This document shows, in pieces, positions 1 to 13,671 of a DNA stretch of 64,000 nt; the first letter of the stretch is position 1, and each line of letters opens with the position of its first letter. The stretch covers positions 16,368,001-16,432,000 of the forward strand of contig OZ024754.1 of assembly GCA_964016885.1 (NCBI GenBank). The letters are read 5' to 3'. The stretch is from Eledone cirrhosa. Its lineage: Eukaryota. The translations under genes and the position numbers were made by a program. The notes under the pieces were generated by a model. The model saw nothing but the letters and a program-made list of their open reading frames with translations, was not told the origin of the DNA and made no database searches.

Positions 1-192
<192 letters not shown>

Positions 193-1186
193 ACTTTGAA
201 TAACTTTGAAATGTTTTGGCCAGTATTGGCCCAGGCCATGTCTAACTTAATAGCACCACCTGGCGAAGTCTTTCAATTCAGGATTTGGGCACCATGGCCC
301 ATTCGAGAAGAGAATTACTGTTTGCGGAGACATATCCGGGTGTGGGTGGTTTGTCCGGGATTACTTGGAGGAATTTGTCCAAAGACTTCTTGAATTTTGT
401 GTGGTCAGTTTCTGTTTTGACGTGTCCTGGTGTGATGTTGAAGAGAGCAGGGCCGATTGAGGTGAAATAATTGTGCCGTATTGTTGTTATGAGTTGCGAT
501 TTAGATTTTTGAATGGGACGGATAGCACGGGGCCCAAGCCTTGGGTGTATCTTGAAGGCGATGCCAACATCATTTGGGCAGTGATGATGGAACATTTTCC
601 ACATCATGCAGATAATATAACGCTCACGGCGACGTTGGAGTGAGTAAAGTTTCAGGTTTTCTAATCGACCCCAGTAGTCAAGGTCTGACATGCCATCTAT
701 CTTTTTCGTGATTGCCCTTTGAGGAGCTTCAAGTTTCATGATACTTTGTTTCGTGTGGGGAGACCACAGTGGACAACAGTATTCAAGTGTGGTCGGGCGA
801 AAGTAGAGAAGAGAAGGATAATGGTGCGGGAATCTCTCGACTGGAAGGTTCTGAGGATCCAGGAACACATTCTGCGGGCCATGTCAACTTTGCTGCTTAT
901 ATGCGTGGTCCAGCTTATATTGCTGTCCACGGTTACTCCCAAGTCTCTGATGTTGTTAGATGCCACGAGAGTTTCCCCGGAGGGAAGGGAGTACGGGAGT
1001 TTCAGAGCATCCTCTTTTCCAAAGTGGATCAGTTCAAATTTGTCTTCGTTCAGTAACATGTTGTTCTTTTCTGCCCATTGGGTAACAGCCAGTAGGTCTG
1101 ACTGAAGGCTTATCCGGTCATCCACGCCATTGATGACCTTTTGGAGCTTGGAATCATCAGCGAAAATTTTAATGTTGCTGTGTTTG
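193..1186 (-). mobile_element. 5'-truncated CR1/L2-group LINE (RT C-terminal half plus 3' UTR) with one frameshift
   Basis: Minus strand reads KIFADDSKL...LQSDL...[14 protein letters not shown]...RDLGV (ORF 736-1125), then shifts frame near 785 into [10 protein letters not shown]...LYSLQRRRER (ORF 278-868). Ends in (TTCAAAGTTA)x2 next to TA. Confidence 0.85.
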
Positions 1187-1192
1187 TATATG

Positions 1193-1225
<33 letters not shown>

Positions 1226-1294
1226 GTATATATATATATATGTATATATATATGTATATATATATGTATATATATATATATGTATATATATATG

Positions 1295-1345
<51 letters not shown>

Positions 1346-1456
1346 GTATATATATATGTATATATATATGTATATATATATATGTATATATATATATATG
1401 TATATATATATGTATGTATATATATATGTATATATATATATATGTATATATATATG

Positions 1457-1525
<69 letters not shown>

Positions 1526-1802
1526 GTATGTATATATATATGTATATATATATATGTATATATATATGTATGTATATATATATGTATATATATATATGTA
1601 TATATATATATGTATATATGTATATATATATATATGTATATATATATGTATATATATATATGTATATATATATGTATATATATATGTATATATGTATATA
1701 TATATGTATATATATATGTATATATATATATGTATATATATATGTATATATGTATATATATATGTATATATGTATATATATATATGTATATATATATGTA
1801 TA
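1187..1802. repeat. (TA)n/TATG microsatellite
   Basis: Direct reading. Confidence 0.97.
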
Positions 1803-3128
1803 TACCATAGATTCAGCTATGAGTGCGAGGTCATCAGCATACAGGAGCCCATGGGAACTCCTGTATGCTGATGACCTCGCACTCATAGCTGAATCTATGG
1901 TAGAACTAGAGAATAAATTCCAAACCTGGAAGCAGGGACTAGAGAGAAAGGGCCTCAAAGTCAACATGACAAAGACTAAGGTCCTTATAAGTAGACGAGA
2001 AAACAGAACCCAGATCCCCTCAGGGAAATGGCCTTGCTCAGTATGTAGGAAAGGTGTAGGTAGGAACTCCATTCTTTGCCCCAAATGCAAACAATGGGTA
2101 CACAAGAGATGTAGCGGGATCTCAGGAAGCTTAATTAAGAATGTAGGATTCACATGCAGCAGCTGTGCTGAAACAGCAAGCAAACAGCCACAGGAAACAA
2201 GTACCACCAATCTCTGGGAGGGCCCTGTAGAAACAGTAGACAGCTTCTGCTACCTAGGTGACCGAATTAGCAACGGAGGTGGGTGCTCAGAAAGTACAAT
2301 AACTAGGGTAAGAACGGGATGGAAGAAGTTTAGGGAACTACTACCACTGCTAGCTGCAAAAGGCTTCTCCCTCAGAATGAAAGGCAGACTGTATGATGCG
2401 TGTATCCGAACAGCGATATTGCATGGTAGTGAGACCTGGGCGCTGAAGGTGGAAGACTTACGTAGATTAGAGAGAAACGAAGCCTGCATGCTCCGATGGA
2501 TGTGTAACAGTAATATACGTGAACGACAAAGCATAAATGAATTGAGAGAGAGACTGAGCATAAGAGGAATCAAATGCTGCGTGCAGGAGAGGCGGTTACG
2601 CTGGTATGGACATGTGATGCGTATGAAGGATGACAGCTGCATAAAAAGGTGCAGAGCACTAGAAGTTGATGGAAACCGCGGAGTGGGGAGACCCAAGATG
2701 ACTTGGGATGAGGTGATAAAAGCCGACCTTACCCAACTACACCTCTCAAAGTCAATGACACACGACCGTGACTTCTGGCGTCACGCAGTAATACAGGGTA
2801 CCCGACCTCCCATGGGTACATGCTGAAGCATATAAACAATATGCCCCTCCCCCCCACCGCAAGGTGGTCGTGGAGGTGCCACGGCAAAAAAGCACCCAGC
2901 CCACACTGTAAAGTGGACGTGTAGGCGCCACGAAAAAGCACCCAGCACTCACTGTAAATGAGGTTGGTGTTAGGAAGGGCATCCAGCTGTAGAAATCAAG
3001 CCAGATCAGTTCCTGTATGAGCAAGGCATGGTCAGCCGACCAGACACTGCCCACAACAGGACAACCCGTCTAACCCATGCTAGCGTGGAAGAACGGACGT
3101 AAAACGGTGATGATGATGATGATGATGA
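1803..3128 (+). mobile_element. 5'-truncated RTE-clade LINE (family A, PHD-containing) with a 45-bp fold-back at its 5' end
   Basis: [40 protein letters not shown] motifs; stop at 2826; 3' UTR; (GAT)n tail 3109-3128; near-identical to 5338-6624. Confidence 0.93.
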
Positions 3129-3292
3129 ATATATATATATTATTGTTATACTTGCTAAACAAATTCAGAAACGAAATATATATATTATATATATATATAT
3201 AAATAAATATATATAATATATATATGTATATAATATATATAATATATATATATATATTATATATAATATATAATATATATAATATATATACA

Positions 3293-3342
3293 TGCAAGCA
3301 GGGAAAAAGCGAACGTAAAATGAAATGATGATGAATGATGAT
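3293..3342 (+). mobile_element. Extremely truncated RTE/SINE 3' tail
   Basis: TGCAAGCAGGGAAAAAGCGAACGTAAAATGAAATGATGAT matches the SINE tail at 11660-11702; lies within TA repeat. Confidence 0.7.
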
Positions 3343-3390
3343 ATATATATATGATATATATATATAATATATATATATATATATAAATAA

Positions 3391-3428
<38 letters not shown>

Positions 3429-3444
3429 TTATATTTTTTTCTGG

Positions 3445-4677
3445 GTGGGAAATGACGATGGGATGGGTGGTGTAGGTATACTATTAGCTGACAAGTGGGT
3501 AGATAAAGTAATCTCAGTGTACAGGGTAAATGCAAGAATCATTAAACTCAGACTAGTCCTGAATAAGACAATTACCACAATAATATCAGCTTACGCACCC
3601 CAATCGGGGCTGCCAGACGAACTTAAGGATAGGTTTTACGAGTCCCTAATACACACTACTGCTCTAACAGACGACAAGGACTTCCTAATCATTGCAGGAG
3701 ATTTTAACGGACACGTAGGTAAACACTGCGACGGCTTCAATAGAGTACATGGAGGCCATGGAGTTGGCACAAGGAATGAGGAAGGATTCAGACTTCTAGA
3801 ATTCTGCGACGCCAATGACATGTCGATATGTAACACAAACTTTAAAAAACCCGACAACCACCTGATCACCTATAGATCAGGGGAGCACTCTAGTCAGTTA
3901 GATTTTATCCTCATCAGAGGACGTGACAGATGGACGGTCGTAAACACAAAAGCCTTCCCTAGTGAGGAATGTACATCCCAACATAGCTTAGTTGTCAGCG
4001 ACCTCACGGTCAGAACTAGACGAGCCCTGAAACAGAGGCCAACCTGGAGAAGAAAGATCTGGAAGCTGAAAGTCCCCTCAACCAGTTACATATTTAAAGA
4101 TATTTTACCCAACGCCTACGACAGTAAAGAAGAACAGATAGAGACATTTAACGTAGAAGAGAACTGGGAGTTCCTAAAAAATAACTTACTAGAGGCGACG
4201 GATGAGGTTTGTGGCTGGAGTAAGACCTCAAGCAGGAGGAGAGTGACTTGGTGGTGGAACAATAAGGTAGATGAAGCAGTCAAGGCCAAGAGACAGGCAT
4301 GGAAAGAATGGAAGAACGGGGGGAGCAGGGTACATTACATAGAGACCAAGAGGGAAGCTAGGCGACAAGTATACTTAGCTAGGAGGGAAGCAGAGGATAG
4401 AAAATTCAAGCATGTTTTACAACGTGAGGACCAGAAACAGGAGGTATTCAAGATTGCGAGGCAGTGTGTCAGAGATAGTTGTGATGTCATTGGAGAGAAG
4501 TGTATCCGGAATGATAAAGGTGAGCTTGCCCTCACAAGTGCTGAGAAGAAAGATGCATGGAAGAGTCATTATGATAGATTACTAAATGAGGAGAATGCAT
4601 GGGAAGAAGAGACCCTACCCCACGTTAGACCCTATAGAGGGACCAGCAGTACAAGTCAGCGGCAGCGTAGTAAGTAA
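3445..4677 (+). pseudogene. RTE ORF2 apurinic-like endonuclease and linker (N-terminus missing, frameshifted)
   Basis: GGVGIL, ISAYAPQ, IAGDFNGHVG, LDFIL, SQHSLV, WWWN motifs. Confidence 0.9.
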
Positions 4678-6247
4678 GGCAATCAGAGATATGAAGATAG
4701 GGAAGGCAACCGGTCCATCGGGTATAGCTGCCGAGATGCTGAAGGCATCTGGGTCTGTAGGTCACACTATAACCACACGTATCGTTAACCAGGTAATACT
4801 AGAGGGGGCCATACCAAAAGATTGGTGCAGTAGCATCATTGTCAACTGCTACAAAGGTAAAGGCGATGCACTAGATAGAGGAAACTATAGAGGTATAAAG
4901 TTGATGGACCAGGTCATGAAAGTAACAGAAAGAGTTATAGCACAGCTGATTAGGGACCGGGTGAATATAGACGAGATGCAATTTGGATTTGTACCAGGGA
5001 AAGGCACCACTGATGCCCTCTTCCTTGTGAGGCAATTACAGGAAAAGTACCTAGCTAAAAGTAAGCCACTCTACTTGGCATTTGTCGACCTTGAGAAAGC
5101 CTTTGACAGAGTTCCACGTGCAGTAATCTGGTGGGCTCTTAGAAAACTAGGAGTAGATGAATGGCTTGTGAAAGCGGTACAAGCCATGTATAGGGGAGCA
5201 GTCAGCAAAGTTAGGATTGGCAATGAGTATAGCGAGGAATTTAGCGTACAGGTTGGGGTCCACCAGGGCTCTGTTCTTAGCCCTCTCCTGTTCATCATAG
5301 TCCTGCAGGCAATAACGGAGGAGTTTAAGACCGGATGCCCATGGGAACTCCTGTATGCTGATGACCTCGCACTCATAGCTGAATCTATGGTAGAACTTGA
5401 GAATAAATTCCAAACCTGGAAGCAGGGACTAGAGAGAAAGGGCCTCAAAGTCAACATGACAAAGACTAAGGTCCTTATAAGTAGACGAGAAAACAGAACC
5501 CAGATCCCCTCAGGGAAATGGCCTTGCTCAGTATGTAGGAAAGGTGTAGGTAGGAACTCCATTCTCTGCCCCAAATGCAAACAATGGGTACACAAGAGAT
5601 GTAGCGGGATCTCAGGAAGCTTAATTAAGAATGTAGGATTCACATGCAGCAGCTGTGCTGAAACAGCAAGCAAACAGCCACAGGAAACAAGTACCACCAA
5701 TCTCTGGGAGGGCCCTGTAGAAACAGTAGACAGCTTCTGCTACCTAGGTGACCGAATTAGCAACGGAGGTGGGTGCTCAGAAAGTACAATAACTAGGGTA
5801 AGAACGGGATGGAAGAAGTTTAGGGAACTACTACCACTGCTAGCTGCAAAAGGCTTCTCCCTCAGAATGAAAGGCAGACTGTATGATGCGTGTATCCGAA
5901 CAGCGATGTTGCATGGTAGTGAGACCTGGGCGCTGAAGGTGGAAGACTTACGTAGATTAGAGAGAAACGAAGCCTGCATGCTCCGATGGATGTGTAACAG
6001 TAATATACGTGAACGACAAAGCATAAAGGAATTGAGAGAGAGACTGAGCATAAGAGGAATCAAATGCTGCGTGCAGGAGAGGCGGTTACGCTGGTATGGA
6101 CATGTGATGCGTATGAAGGATGACAGCTGCATAAAAAGGTGCAGAGCACTAGAAGTTGATGGAAACCGCGGAGTGGGGAGACCCAAGATGACTTGGGATG
6201 AGGTGATAAAGCCGACCTTACCCAACTACACCTCTCAAAGTCAATGA
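4586..6247 (+). pseudogene. RTE ORF2 reverse transcriptase with an internal C4HC3 PHD-like finger
   Basis: YKGKGD..NYRGIKL, QFGF, FVDLEKAFDRV, GVHQGSVLSP, YADD, CSVC..CPKC..H..C..CSSC, FCYLG. Confidence 0.92.
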
Positions 6248-6621
6248 CACACGACCGTGACTTCTGGCGTCACGCAGTAATACAGGGTACCCGACCTCCC
6301 ATGGGTACATGCTGAAGCATATAAACAATATGCCCCCCCCCCCCCCCACCGCAAGGTGGTCGTGGAGGTGCCACGGCAAAAAAGCACCCAGCCCACACTG
6401 TAAAGTGGACGTGTAGGCGCCACGAAAAAGCACCCAGCACTCACTGTAAATGAGGTTGGTGTTAGGAAGGGCATCCAGCTGTAGAAATCAAGCCAGATCA
6501 GTTCCTGTATGAGCAAGGCATGGTCAGCCGACCAGACACTGCCCACAACAGGACAACCCGTCTAACCCATGCTAGCGTGGAAGAACGGACGTAAAACGGT
6601 GATGATGATGATGATGATGAT

Positions 6622-7697
<1,076 letters not shown>

Positions 7698-8113
7698 CAT
7701 CATCATCATCATCATCATCATCAGGTTTAGCGTCCGTGTTCCATGCTTGCATGGGTTTGGACGGGGGTTTTCCCACTTGAGGCAAGAGTGGTTGTCTTGC
7801 TCGCATAGGACTGTCTGGCAGGTTTTCTACAGCTGGATGCCCTTCCTAACACCAACCACATTTACAGTGTGGGGCTGGGAGGTTTTTACCGTGTTGCCTA
7901 CACGGCCACATTTACAGCGTGGACTGTGTGTTTTTTGTCGTGACACCTACACGATCTCATTTGTTTCGGCCTGGATGTTGTGGGACCAACATAACTTTAC
8001 ATTGAAAGGGGCGGTGTGGGTGGGGTGGAGGTGGTGGGACGGGGGTGTGTTTTGATAGAGATGCCTACTGACTGTAGTAGGTTTTTACTTTGTATTTAGG
8101 TAAGGCGGGTCTT
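7698..8113 (-). mobile_element. RTE family B 3' end (last codons, 3' UTR, (GAT)n tail)
   Basis: (CAT)n at 7698-7722; similar to 33920-34310; minus strand starts KTRLT*, comparable to KTRIA* at 34297. Confidence 0.85.
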
Positions 8114-8158
8114 ATATATATATATATATATGTGTATATATGTATATATGTATATATG

Positions 8159-8205
<47 letters not shown>

Positions 8206-8271
8206 TTATATATATATATATATGTATTTATATATATAATATATATGTATATATATATATATATATGCATT

Positions 8272-8356
<85 letters not shown>

Positions 8357-8453
8357 TTATATATGTATATATATATATATATATTTATTTATATATGTAT
8401 ATATATATATATATATGTATTTATATATGTATATATATATATATATGTATTTA

Positions 8454-8484
<31 letters not shown>

Positions 8485-8907
8485 ATGTATTTATATATGT
8501 ATATATATATATATATATGTATTTATATATGTATATATATATGTATATATGTATATATATATATGTATATATGTATATATATATATGTATATGTATTTAT
8601 ATATGTATATATATATGTATTTATATATGTATTTATATATGTATATATATATGTATATATATATGTATATATATATGTATATATATATGTATATATGTAT
8701 ATATATATATGTATATATATATATGTATATATATATATGTATATATATATATGTATATATATATATGTATATATATATATGTATATATATATATGTATAT
8801 ATATATATGTATATATATATATGTATATATATATATGTATATATATATATGTATATATATATATGTATATATATATATGTATATATATATATGTATATAT
8901 ATATATG

Positions 8908-8952
<45 letters not shown>

Positions 8953-8981
8953 GTATATATATATATGTATATATATATATG

Positions 8982-9014
<33 letters not shown>

Positions 9015-9643
9015 GTATATATATATATGTATATATATATATGTATATATATATATGTATATATATATATATGTATATATATATGTATATATATATGTAT
9101 ATATATATATGTATATATATATATGTATATATATATATGTATATATATATATGTATATATATATATGTATATATATATATGTATATATATATATGTATAT
9201 ATATATATGTATATATATATATGTATATATATATGTATATATATATATGTATATATATATGTATATATATATGTATATATATATATGTATATATATATAT
9301 GTATATATATATATGTATATATATGTATATATATGTATATATATATATGTATATATATATATGTATATATATGTATATATATATATGTATATATATATAT
9401 GTATATATATGTATATATATATATGTATATATATATATGTATATATATGTATATATATATATGTAAATATATATATATGTATATATATATATGTATATAT
9501 ATGTATATATATATATGTATATATATGTATATATATATATGTATATATATGTATATATATATATGTATATATATGTATATATATATATGTATATATATGT
9601 ATATATATATATGTATATATATATATGTATATATATATATGTA
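8114..9643. repeat. (TA)n/TATG microsatellite
   Basis: Direct reading. Confidence 0.97.
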
Positions 9644-9995
9644 TCATCATCATCATCATCATCAACGTTTAACGTCCGTGTTCCACGTTTGCATGGGTTT
9701 GGACGGGGGTAGTCCCACTTGAGGCAAGAGTGATTGTCTTGCTCGCATAGGACTGTCTGGCAGGTTTTCTACAGTTGGATGCCCTTCCTAACACCAACCA
9801 CATTTACAGTGTGGGTCTGGGAGGTTTTTACCGTGTTGCCTACACGGCCACATTACAGCGTGGACTGTGTGTTTTTTTGTCGTGACACCTACACGATCTC
9901 ATTTGTTTCGGCCTCGATGGCGCGGCACCAACATTACTTTACATAGAACGGGGTGGTGTGGATGGGGTGGGGGTGGGGGTGGGACGGGGTGTATT
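9644..9995 (-). mobile_element. RTE family B 3' UTR fragment
   Basis: (CAT)n tail; close similarity to 7698-8050. Confidence 0.85.
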
Positions 9996-10116
9996 GTATA
10001 TATATGTATATATATATATGTATATATATATATGTATATATATGTATATATATATATGTATATATATGTATATATATATATGTATATATATATATGTATA
10101 TATATGTATATATATA

Positions 10117-10461
10117 TCATCATCATTCATTTCATTTTTACATCCGCTTTTTCCCTGCTTGCAAGGGTGGGATGGGAACTGATGCTGGCTTGATTTCTAC
10201 AGCTGGATGCCCTTCCTAACACCAACCTCATTTACAGTGAGTGCTGGGTGCTTTTTTTGCCGTGGCACCTCCACGACCACTTTACAGTGGAATGATAGGG
10301 ACACCAGTCCCTATCATCTCATTTCTACAGCTGAGTAAACTGGAGCAATGTGAAATAAAGTGCCTTGCTCAAGGAAACAACACATCACCCGGTCTGAGAA
10401 TTGAACTCACAACCTTTCGATTGCAAGGCCAATGCTCTAACCACTAAGCCATGTGCCTCCA
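10117..10461 (-). mobile_element. tRNA-derived SINE with CORE-like domain and RTE-type 3' tail
   Basis: A box TGGCTTAGTGG, B box GAGTTCAATTC, CCTTGAGCAAGGCACTTT CORE-like motif, (GAT)n tail. Confidence 0.88.
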
Positions 10462-10635
10462 TATAACAATATATGTATATATATGTATATATATATATGT
10501 ATATATATATATGTATATATATATATGTATATATATGTATATATATATATGTATATATATATACATTATGAAGAGAGAAGAAACATTTAGATATAATTAG
10601 TAATAAAATGTATCATACCTAAACTGCTCCTAAAT

Positions 10636-10725
10636 TCCTCGACTACGTAGTTTCGTGGCATAAACAAAAACAATATATCATAAAGATATAGAGTCCTTGC
10701 GAGGTCTGCCGACTTATCAAGAGGA
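10636..10725 (-). ncRNA. Candidate minimal type I hammerhead ribozyme, U3-A8 core variant
   Basis: Minus strand: TCCTC-TTGATAA-GTCGGCA...TGCCAC-GAAA-CTACGTAG-TC-GAGGA. Stem I TCCTC/GAGGA, stem II with one bulge, palindromic stem III, GUC cleavage triplet. Confidence 0.65.
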
Positions 10726-11363
10726 TACCTCATTTTACTAGTCTCAAGAACGCGTCTACACGACGTGAGAAAGAATCCCAAAAGGCGGAGGGGGAGATAG
10801 TCACGCGATATAACGGTCGAGAAACAGAGCTAAGCCTCTTATAACCCCGAAGAAAATACCACGGAGGCGGAGGGGGTATTTATATCGAGGCCGCAGAAGA
10901 GGTGGTGAAGAAGGCGAGAAGTATGAGTAATGGAAGCCTTCCAGCTGTCCCCACACTTCAAAGATTGCTCGACCAGAGGGAGTTATTAACAATATAATTA
11001 GAAACACACAGATACATGTATATGTATATATATATGTATATATATATGTATATATATATGTATATATATATATAAGAAAGTATTGAAGTTTGCTTGAAGC
11101 ATTGTGGAACAATAAGTAAATATCTTTAAGTCATTTGGAAGCCTCGACAATGCAAATGGGTAAATCTCCGGGTAACAAGGTCCGGTGGTGGAGAGAGAGA
11201 TATGTAAGTGGGTGTACGTTGAGATGCGTGGTGTGTATAAGATGTGTGAGATGTGTAGAATGAAGGGAAGAGTAAAAGAATAAAAATAATAATAACAACA
11301 TATATATAATATATACATATATATACATACATATATATATACATACATAGATATACACATACA

Positions 11364-11702
11364 TGGAGGCACATGGCTTAGTGGTTAGAGCATTGGCCTT
11401 GCAATCGAAAGGTTGTGAGTTCAATTCTCAGACCGGGTGATGTGTTGTTTCCTTGAGCAAGACACTTTATTTCACATTGCTCCAGTTTACTCAGCTGTAG
11501 AAATGAGATGATAGGGACTGAGGTCCTTATCATTCCACTGCAAAGTGGTCGTGGAGGTGCCACGGAAAAAAAGCACCCACCACTCACTGTAAATGAGGTT
11601 GGTGTTAGGAAGGGCATCCAGCTGTAGAAATCAAGCCAGAATCAGTTCCGTCCCACCCTTGCAAGCAGGGAAAAAGCGGACGTAAAATGAAATGATGATG
11701 AT
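11364..11702 (+). mobile_element. tRNA-derived CORE-like SINE with RTE tail
   Basis: Same family as 10117-10461, opposite orientation. Confidence 0.88.
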
Positions 11703-12107
11703 ACATATACATACATATATATATATAAAGTATTAAGGATACTATTTATGGTTATGTATATAATAAAACCTTTTATAGCTATATATATTTTAGACTCTAA
11801 ATAGTGAAAGACAGTAACTCATTACTATCTTATTACCAGTAAGATAAATAGCTCAATGTAATAACATCAGTTGTTTTACAGAGCAGTTATATAGAAATTA
11901 TATGAATCAAAGTTCAGTTTAAATCATTTATTTGCTTACAATTGTTTCCTCCAAACCGAGGTTTGGATTCTTCGGAGCAACTATTTAGTGATTTTTACAT
12001 ACTTGACCTCCTTTTCAACACAAGAGACATATAAAAACACATGTATATATTGACCCACAGTGGGTTGACATCCATCATAATAATATAGCAAGGCAATTTA
12101 CATATTA

Positions 12108-12684
12108 TGTATATATATATATAAATACATATATATTATGTATATATATATAAATACATATATATATATATATGTATGTATATATATATATATGTATATA
12201 TATATGTATATATATATGTATATATATATATATGTATATATATATGTATATATATATACATATATATGTATATATATATATATGTATATATATATACATA
12301 TATGTATATATATATATATGTATATATATATGTATATATATATACATATATGTATATATATATACGTATTTGTATATATATATATGTATATATATATACA
12401 TATTTGTATATATATATATGTATATATATATACATATTTGTATATATATATGTATATATATATACATATTTGTATATATATATATATGTATATATATATA
12501 CATATTTGTATATATATATGTATATATATATACATATTTGTATATATATATATATATGTATATATATATACCTATTTGTATATATATATGTATATATATA
12601 TACATATTTGTATATATATATGTATATATATATACATATATATATATATGTATATATATATGTATATATATATGTATATATATA
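12108..12684. repeat. (TA)n-derived microsatellite with TACATATTTG subunits
   Basis: Direct reading. Confidence 0.92.
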
Positions 12685-12687
12685 AAA

Positions 12688-12819
12688 AAAAGTCAAATGA
12701 TTAAAATTTAGCTTCGTTTATTACTGCTATATATATATTTCAGTGACAGCCATCTTTGGCTGTCACTGAAATATATATAGCAGTAATAAACGAAGCTAAA
12801 TTTTAATCATTTGACTTTT
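12688..12819. repeat. Near-perfect palindrome (arms of about 64 bp, 4-nt loop TCTT)
   Basis: AAAAGTCAAATG...GACAGCCA-TCTT-TGGCTGTC...CATTTGACTTTT; arms differ only by one TA unit. Confidence 0.93.
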
Positions 12820-12933
12820 ATTTAACTTTATTTTACACTACTCCGGAGTAACCAAACCAACCTGCGCACTTCGTCGAGTGCTCCAGCCTGCATACTGAGG
12901 TGTTGGTATACAACCAACATAAACTCAAAATCT

Positions 12934-13142
12934 ATGTATATATATATGTATATATATACATATATATATATGTATATATATATGTATATATGTATATATA
13001 TATGTATATATATACATATATATATATGTATATATATACATATATATATATGTATATATATACATATATATATGTATATATATACATATATATATATGTA
13101 TATATATACATATATATGTATATATATATATGTATATATATG

Positions 13143-13188
<46 letters not shown>

Positions 13189-13466
13189 CATATATATATA
13201 TGTATATATATATACATATATATATATGTATATATATATACATATATGTATATGTATATATGTATATATATATGTATATGTATATATGTATATATATATA
13301 TGTATATGTATATATGTATATGTATATATATGTATATATGTATATATATGTATATATATATATGTATATATATGTATATATATGTATATATATATATGTA
13401 TATATATATATATGTATATATATGTATATATATGTATGTATATAAATGTATGTATATAAATGTATG

Positions 13467-13506
<40 letters not shown>

Positions 13507-13532
13507 TGTATATATATGTATGTATATATATG

Positions 13533-13570
<38 letters not shown>

Positions 13571-13574
13571 TATG

Positions 13575-13621
<47 letters not shown>

Positions 13622-13638
13622 GTATATATATATATATG

Positions 13639-13671
<33 letters not shown>

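Larger units (their letters stand above)
3443..6624 (+). mobile_element. Long 5'-truncated RTE-clade LINE, family A (APE + RT + PHD-like finger, 3' UTR, (GAT)n tail)
   Basis: Two overlapping ORFs joined by a frameshift near 4620, a second 1-nt deletion near 6210 relative to sister copies, tail 6601-6624. Confidence 0.95.

Noticed and set aside
11364-11435. tRNA gene
   Set aside because: A and B boxes are present but there is no proper acceptor stem or oligo-T terminator; it continues into a SINE body in several copies
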